From positions 1,426,001-1,490,000 of the forward strand of contig BQFW01000011.1 of assembly GCA_020891255.1 (NCBI GenBank): a DNA stretch of 64,000 nucleotides, written 5' to 3'. How positions within the stretch are numbered: position 1 is the stretch's first letter; each line of letters opens with the position of its first letter. The translations under genes were made by a program, and so were the position numbers. Below, piece by piece: positions 57,291-64,000 of the stretch. The notes under the pieces were generated by a model. It had not been told where the DNA came from. It searched no databases and saw nothing but the letters and a program-made list of their open reading frames with translations. The DNA is from Entomortierella parvispora E1425 (Eukaryota > Fungi > Mortierellomycota).

Positions 57291-58476
57291 CTAGATGAAA
57301 TCGTCGTCGTCCTCGTTACGAAGCACAGTATGCTTTCCGCGGTCCTGACCAACTCTAGGAAGGAACATCATGGGTGTCGAATCTGATCCAGAGTTCATGG
57401 CGCCACCGACCATGTTTGTTGGAAGGTCGTAGCGATGAATCAGTGAGTAGGAATAAGACCACACCACGAGGGCAAAGTAGAGCTATTTGGAGAGAGGGCC
57501 AAAGCGCTGTTAGAGGCATGACAACTGGCTCACTTCCGGTAATCAAATCTAGGGTAGGGTGTACATACGTGCAGGCACCAGAGACTGAGGAGAATAAGGA
57601 TCGAGATCCCACCCTCGAATTCAAACCCCTGTCGCACTTCGTCACTAATAGGGGTCGAATCGCCTCCTTGGTCTGGCTGAGGCTCGCCCAAAAGGTGGTT
57701 CCTTGAAATGAACCAGGTTACTGCCAGGGCAATTGTCTGGATGGCGTTGATAATCAAGTCCACAACATATGCAATAGCATAGCGTCCAACAATCCGTGTG
57801 TTGTCCTGATAAAGAGTCGAAGTTGACGAGCGTGCAAGGATAAAGAAGGTTGATATTAGTCGAGATATTTGAGACCAGCCAAAAACTTCATCAATTGAAG
57901 CTCCTTTCCCCTCCTTGGTTTTGCACAAAGAGAACATGAGAAAAAAACTTACAATCAAGACACCGTAGAGTCCCCAGGAGAAAGCGAATACGGCAAAGAC
58001 AGAGTACAGGTACATGAGGATCTTGGCTACTCCACCACTTGCGAATATTCCAAAGAATCCTGAGACTTTGTTCAGCTGGTTGCGTCAGATGGGTGAAAAA
58101 AAAGTCGTTAGAGACTCGTCGAGCAGTAATTACTTGCTTGTTCTTAACATTGTTCCTTTTTTCCAATGACAGTTTCGGCCTCAATCAGACCATTCGGCTT
58201 ACAATGGCAAAGATGGTGATTATCGTCACGCCTGTTCGAATGCATGTCAATGTGTAATTAAAAAGTAGTTTCAATGATCCCGTTAGAGGTGCAGTTGCAG
58301 GTTATAGTAGTGGTAGATACGAAAAGGGTAAACTGTTAGTCCATGTTCTTGCTTTCAATGTTCAGGGAAAGAGGGGCAATGGGCAGTCTGTCGGCATGCA
58401 CAGGTTTGTCAAGGACTTGAAAGAACTTGCCTGTCTTCAGCTCCATGATTCCAAGGCATTTGCGAAGACGAATCAT
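57291..58476 (-). CDS. KEI1: IPC synthase regulatory subunit Kei1 (DUF1753), with a GC-AG first intron and a 29-nt second exon
   Basis: MIRLRKCLGIMELKTG|VTIITIFAI|LNKVSGFFGIFA…MYLYSVFA…YAIAYVVDLII…LYFALVVWSYS matches the Kei1 pattern (FLG..L.TG…NK.SG.YG…SMYLYS). Confidence 0.8.
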
Positions 58477-60364
58477 TGTGAGAGCGGTGAGAGTGAGGAA
58501 ACTGGAGAGGTGTGGGGAGTGGTGGAGAGCACAGAAGAGGCGGACGATGTGAGGGGGTGCGGAATAGAATGGACTGCAGTGAAAGGAACAAACGGATGGA
58601 TGGATGAACGAACGAATGAACGAATGAATGAATGAACAATTGGGAAAGAGAGGACGGAAGGGGTAAAGTGAAGTGATGAAGTCCTTGTTCCAGCAAAAAG
58701 GAAAAAAAAAAAAAAAAAAAAAAAAAAAAACAATTTTTCCCTTCCCTTTGCCCGGGATATGCTTTTCCCGCAGTGCGATCGAATTTCTGCTCTCGTTTCC
58801 TCATTGTTCGCGTGGGGTGCGTCTGCGCAAGCAACCGAAAAAAACGAGTTTGCACCGTTGTCAATGGTCGTCATACTTTCTTCTCTTTCGCTCCCTCGAC
58901 CTGCATGCGCACTATGTGTCAAAATAGACTGCAAACAAGCTGGCCGAGTCATTGGGCAACCACAACCAGGATTCGAGCACTAAGTCTCCTGGATCCAACC
59001 GTCAACACAAAATAGCACTCTCAAAGCGCTTCAGATATTGCCGGAAGCGGAGGCCCGGTCTTCCTCACTTTCGTTTTGCCTCTCTCTCTTCCCAGCTTCG
59101 TCTTTCCATATCGGGGCGGCAATTGACCCTCAACTGCGTGATTTTTTCTGTCCCGCTGCCTCCGCAGGTCCGCTGTCCCGGTCGACAGGTGTGCCGTGGG
59201 ATTGAGTTAAGTAAAGCAAGTGTTTGTAAATGGGGTCGCGGCGTCATTTCTCATTCAACCGGCAGGTGCCAACCTTTCTTCAGGATCGAATCTCTCGTTC
59301 ATTGGGCCGCGGCCGGTCAGAGTAGAGGATAACAAAACAACACCAACAGACAAACACACCATGTTGGCACGCGCCCTCATCACCCTATTTTCTCTATCGC
59401 GCTTTCTTGTGACGCGTTCTGGACGTTCTTCTTGCTAATGTGCAGGCTGTTCTTTGGATTCCTGCACTTTCTTCCGCAAGGTGCTCCCCTTCCTCCTTTT
59501 ACTTGTTTTACGTGCTTTCTTCCCGCAACCACCTTGTTGAGACTGGTTCGAAAAGGGTCATCTCAAGGGGAGACCGACCAGGATCATATCCTCCAGATCT
59601 CCACAGCAAGTGAAATCGACCATTGGAAATCAGGGGCAATGAAGCATCAATTTGAACAGTGCGTCGCTTGTGGCACCTCACATCCTTGAAAGAAGGTCAG
59701 TTGGTTCGGTGCTGGTCACCTTATCGCTCAGTCAGGCAGTCGACACCTGCCAAAGCCGATGATCTTGGACGGCAAGAACAGAAATAAATTCGTACCTCCA
59801 CCCCTTGACTTGTCTTTGCTTTTCCCCCTACTCCTCCTGTTCTCCTGCACCAATCTTCACTCCCCTTTTCCAACTTTCCCGAATGACTCCCTCGCACGTC
59901 CTTCCGTGTTCCCTTTTTTTTTTCTTTCTTTGGTTCCCACTTGAATCTTTCGCATTAATCAGAAGAGCTCCCTGGCACATTCCTCCTTGAACACGAGATA
60001 AATAAAAACACTTGCAAGGTCACTTTTCTACGTTTCTTGCTTTTCCCTTCTCTTCGATCAGTCACCTCGATCACCTCTTGTACCCTTTCTCCATTTGATC
60101 CTCCACCTCGTTTCGCTCATCTGGTGTTCTAAAACACATTAGCGCTGCACACACACCCTGTCTTTTCACCAATTGAAATCCTCCGCTCTTCACATTGCGC
60201 AATAATACCCCGCTCCTTGTTTTTTTTGTTTCCTCCCTCTGGCAATTGTTACACGTCCCTCCCCGTTTCGATTAGAGAAAGACTTGACCTCTTCTCAGTT
60301 GATCGGAGCATTCTTTTCAACTCTTTAACTTTCTTGCATAATCTTGTCTGTCGACAGTGTTTCC

Positions 60365-63202
60365 ATGATGTCCTTGGGCCAAGTTCGAAAGACTTTTCAT
60401 CGTCATCTTCTTCTTGACACGTATCTCCCTTCTTCCTTCCATTCCGATTTTTGCCTTAACCTCCCTCAACACCCTTCTTCCTCCTACTCCTCTTCTCCCT
60501 CCTCTTCTACTTCCCCCTTCAATTCCGCAACAGACACAGTCTGCAATTATTACAACAGTAGCAAACATAGCTACAGCGACGACAGTGGCGGCGAAAAAGA
60601 CGAGAACGGCTTCATCACCGGCAGCACTGGAATTCGTAGCCAACAGAAGGCTGGCTTTATTGGTACCCCAATGGACACCATGGATTATACCCGTCATCAC
60701 TGCAAAATCCTCAAAGCGACGCTAGAGGTGAACAAGCGTCAGTCAAAGCTCAAGGGCAAATCCCCCGTGGTGGACTCTCTCAAGTACAAGACCACGGCTG
60801 CAGCATTGTCAACACCTTCCTCTTCGACCACATCCCTGGTATCTCCCTCTGCAGCCACAACCACCATGACTACTGCGAGCCCTTCCCGTCCACTTTTCCC
60901 CAAATCGAAAATACCGATCGCAGCACATCCCTCCTCGTCCTGCAATGCCTCCTTCCTCTCGAAATCCAAAGTGCCCTATTACGCCTCCTGTTTCTCCCCT
61001 TTGGACCTCCCTTCGGAAATTTTTCTCTATTTGCTTCAATTCCTCCAGCCAGCCGATCTTTGGCGGCTCTGTCAGGTCTCCCGGACCATGCAAGCCAAGA
61101 CGCTAGGGTACATGTCCAAGCTCCAAAAGTTCAACTATGCCGCCGTGCGGATCTTGCATCAGGAGCACTCGGACGCGCTATCGGAACCCAGCATGCGACG
61201 GGGGGAGACATTTTACGATCGAATGACGGCAACAACATGCTCAACCAGGATTGCCCAATTGTCGAGGGTGGCAAGTCAGAACCAGGGTCAAGTTCACAGT
61301 CGGAGCTCCTACTGGCTGGCCCAGGCTCGATTCTTGGTGGCCTCGATCATGGAGCGGACAGCGTACGAACCCAGACAGGAGGTCGTGCGTCGACGGGGCG
61401 GCAAAGAGTCGACAAGGGCGACTTTAGAGTCTGGAAACAATGGCGGGAGCAGCAGTAATCATGGTGGCAGTGACCATTCTGATGGCACGGGCAGCAGCAT
61501 TGTTCGATTTGACAACCACACGGACGTAACACCAGCGTCAACAACAACAGCACCCCTGATGCATGATGATGCGGCCGAAGAGGAGGAAGAAGTGCAAAGC
61601 CCTGAAGAGGGGGCCAATCAAGATGAAACCGAGATCGCGACAATGACGAACACAGAGACCCATGAAATCACTAGTGCTGGTTCTTTTTGGTCCTCAACAG
61701 CAGGGCCTGCGCAGCCACCATCACCATCCGCGGTTGCACCAACTCTTTCTTTTCTTGCAGGACAAGGGCGTACGAGTGGATTGAATGCAAAAGGGAAGTT
61801 CAGAGGCCCACCCCCTGGATCTCTTCCACAGGACCGTCTCCTGGCTATGGTCGACCTTCTGTTTGATCCCAACATGGTCCATTTGAATCATCGAAGGGCC
61901 ATCATCAACTGTGCGCGCTATGTCTCTGCCAGCATCGACGAGACCTTCATGACTGCCTTTTCGACAAAGGATCCATTCAACCCTGACTTTCACGCGACTT
62001 TCCAGGATCGATGTGTCGTCCATACGGGTCCCTACTTGACCATGTACTCTCCCATACTATACGATGACGATGGACTGGAATTAACAGAACAGGAGCAGGC
62101 TTTGATCGGCCGTGCGAGCACCAAAGTGATCTATCCACCTCAGAAACTGCAAAATTTCCAAATTTTGCTCTGGCATCGTTGTCTCTCAGACCTTATTGCC
62201 CTGTACAACAAGATCCAAGATCGTCATTTACCCGAAGCCCATCCAATTGCCCCTTCTTCATCCAAGCGAAAGCACAAGAAAGAGATCTCTACCGCTGCTT
62301 CTTCCTTGACTTCTCTGTCCTCGCCCGTTTGCTGTCAGGACCCTCCAAGATCCGCTTCTCGCTTTTACAGCCAATCTCGCAGCAGTGATGAGACGATGAG
62401 CCAAGCCTGTCAAGAGTCTTATCCAATGTGCTGCCATGCGCACTCCTTGGTCTTTTCGGCAGAGTATGCATCATCCCACCTGGTCCCTTACCCAGTCCGC
62501 GTCCACTTCCGAAGGATGGTGCAAAAAGTGCAAGCTGCGACCCATAGAGCATTCTGGTCCGCCACATCAGGGATTCGCTCCTCTTCTTCCTTCTCGGGTC
62601 CGAGTGGACTCTGGACACGACGCATGGTGGAATACACGGGACCCAGGGATCGATTGCGTTTCTGTTCTGGATCCGTGCATCCGCCCAATTACGCCAGGGT
62701 TTCGTCTTCGCTGGATCTGTCCAACAAGGACGGAAAGAAGCAGCAAGTGGAGACGGAGGCTCTGATGCAGCAACGCTTGAGAATCGAAGAAGGTCTGCGA
62801 CAGGATACGCTCATGAAACAGGAGCTCCTGGCGCTCTGTCATATGGCCTGTGGTCTCTTCTTGGTCGAGGAAAGGGCCGCAATGGATACTCCCCCGACTA
62901 TCATGTCCCTTTTGCGTCAAGGCGGCCCCTGGAACAAGGGTGTCTGGCGAGAGGGCGAATGGCGCCGATTGGCCATTGATCCGTCTTCTTCCCCAAAGTC
63001 TGGCAAGACAGCGTCAAGGGCCGCCCCTAACAACAGCAGCAGTAATTCAGTCATGGATCAAGGTCGATGGCAAAAGATTTGTGTGGCCACTATCCAGTTC
63101 TTGGCTCATGAGGATCTTTCTTGGGGTGGCAATCGAGCCAACGCAGAACTCAGTCGACTTCGGACCACCAGCAACGCCAGCTCTTGGATCTACCACGAGT
63201 AA
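60365..63202 (+). CDS. Large intronless F-box protein with low-complexity regions (start codon uncertain)
   Basis: F-box LDLPSEIFLYLLQFLQPADLWRLCQVSRTMQ in a ~945-aa ORF; no LRR or WD40 repeats recognised. Confidence 0.75.
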   Translation: MMSLGQVRKTFHRHLLLDTYLPSSFHSDFCLNLPQHPSSSYSSSPSSSTSPFNSATDTVCNYYNSSKHSYSDDSGGEKDENGFITGSTGIRSQQKAGFIGTPMDTMDYTRHHCKILKATLEVNKRQSKLKGKSPVVDSLKYKTTAAALSTPSSSTTSLVSPSAATTTMTTASPSRPLFPKSKIPIAAHPSSSCNASFLSKSKVPYYASCFSPLDLPSEIFLYLLQFLQPADLWRLCQVSRTMQAKTLGYMSKLQKFNYAAVRILHQEHSDALSEPSMRRGETFYDRMTATTCSTRIAQLSRVASQNQGQVHSRSSYWLAQARFLVASIMERTAYEPRQEVVRRRGGKESTRATLESGNNGGSSSNHGGSDHSDGTGSSIVRFDNHTDVTPASTTTAPLMHDDAAEEEEEVQSPEEGANQDETEIATMTNTETHEITSAGSFWSSTAGPAQPPSPSAVAPTLSFLAGQGRTSGLNAKGKFRGPPPGSLPQDRLLAMVDLLFDPNMVHLNHRRAIINCARYVSASIDETFMTAFSTKDPFNPDFHATFQDRCVVHTGPYLTMYSPILYDDDGLELTEQEQALIGRASTKVIYPPQKLQNFQILLWHRCLSDLIALYNKIQDRHLPEAHPIAPSSSKRKHKKEISTAASSLTSLSSPVCCQDPPRSASRFYSQSRSSDETMSQACQESYPMCCHAHSLVFSAEYASSHLVPYPVRVHFRRMVQKVQAATHRAFWSATSGIRSSSSFSGPSGLWTRRMVEYTGPRDRLRFCSGSVHPPNYARVSSSLDLSNKDGKKQQVETEALMQQRLRIEEGLRQDTLMKQELLALCHMACGLFLVEERAAMDTPPTIMSLLRQGGPWNKGVWREGEWRRLAIDPSSSPKSGKTASRAAPNNSSSNSVMDQGRWQKICVATIQFLAHEDLSWGGNRANAELSRLRTTSNASSWIYHE

Positions 63203-63378
63203 ACCTCTCCACTTGTAACATGCACACTTTTACGAATATACCAAAACTGGCCTTCATGACAGCAATAAAAAAAAAAAAACTCGCACCCGACCTTTCCTTG
63301 TTTCCATTCAGGGTGAGGCAAATTGGTTCCTTGTGAACTTGAGAGTTTCATTATCGAAAAAATGAAAAAAAATATGTG

Positions 63379-63450
63379 TGCTAACACCTGGAATCGAACC
63401 AGGATCGTCTCGGCCACAACGAGATATACTAACCATTATACTATGTTAGC
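63379..63450 (-). tRNA. tRNA-His (GUG)
   Basis: GCTAACATAGTATAATGGTTAGTATATCTCGTTGTGGCCGAGACGATCCTGGTTCGATTCCAGGTGTTAGCA: 7-bp acceptor stem, anticodon arm TCTCG-TTGTGGC-CGAGA, GTTCGATTC T-loop, discriminator A, and a downstream T-run terminator. Confidence 0.97.
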
Positions 63451-64000
63451 CTTGATCACATGATTTGTGAGTTTTTCTGATATCTATGTATGATCCACTG
63501 CTCAATCAATCACGTGACAAAGTCACGTGTACAATTACCAGCCTGGCCCAGGTGGCGCCAAAAAAGCAGTGCTGTGCGTTTTTTTTTTTTTTTTTTTTTT
63601 CCTCCAAACTTCGAGTTTCGGGGCTGCACTCCTCTTCACCAAAGAAACGCGACTTTGTTCTGCTCTGCGCTACCAAACTAGCTTTGCCTATGTAGTTTAC
63701 AAGTTGAGGGCGAGGCTAATTAAAAGGAGAGCGCCTGGTGTGAATATTACGGTGGTTATTTTTGTTTGCCAGGAAAAAACTCTGGAAAGAAAACACCCGG
63801 ATGAAGGCCAATCAATGAAGTACTGAATGGTGATTTTTCTTCTATGCACCAATCTTTTGAGCAGTGTAGGTATTCATATATCAGGATGAATTCTGAGGGG
63901 AGAGCGCGATGGTCCTAGATTTGTAGGGATACATTTCATCCAACTCTTTTTTTTTTCTTTTTTTCTGAACCCCCTTCACCCACCCCACCGAAACCACCAC

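Noticed and set aside
27166-58476. ORM and KEI1 (both sphingolipid regulators) as a functional gene cluster
   Set aside because: They are 30 kb apart with many unrelated housekeeping genes between them.

Overview
Eukaryotic, intron-rich fungal DNA, inferred to be an early-diverging Mucoromycota, most likely Mortierellaceae (GT-AG introns with CTAAC branch sites, CT-rich promoters, and a gene set including Integrator INTS11 and EHD that Dikarya yeasts lack). About 22 protein genes are recognisable: a SAM-domain gene, ALG9, a small cupin, GTPBP1, a PSMG1/PAC1-like gene, RPS22/uS8, ORM, LYS1, a G-patch/C2H2 gene, INTS11, an ARM-repeat gene, NDC1, MTC1, EHD, a GT17 glycosyltransferase, KEI1, an F-box gene, and secreted/GPI-anchored proteins. 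There is also a tRNA-His(GUG). An accessory island (~6-19.7 kb) holds two degenerate Q-rich paralogues and a full-length 8.6-kb non-LTR retrotransposon (minus strand, 9542-18116). The element is delimited by a perfect 18-bp target-site duplication and has ORF1 (2 RRM-like domains + CCHC), ORF2 (APE-RT-long disordered linker-RNase H-CCHC), a TAATG stop/start overlap and a possible ATGA-coupled ORF3. It inserted into a hairpin-dense ~350-nt sequence. The most unusual host gene (29219-31814) fuses two PEX39/C6orf226-like N-terminal domains, a catalytically degenerate HIBCH-like crotonase fold and repeated Cys-Pro (heme-regulatory-motif-like) units. Exon boundaries and family assignments were made by eye; no database searches were run.
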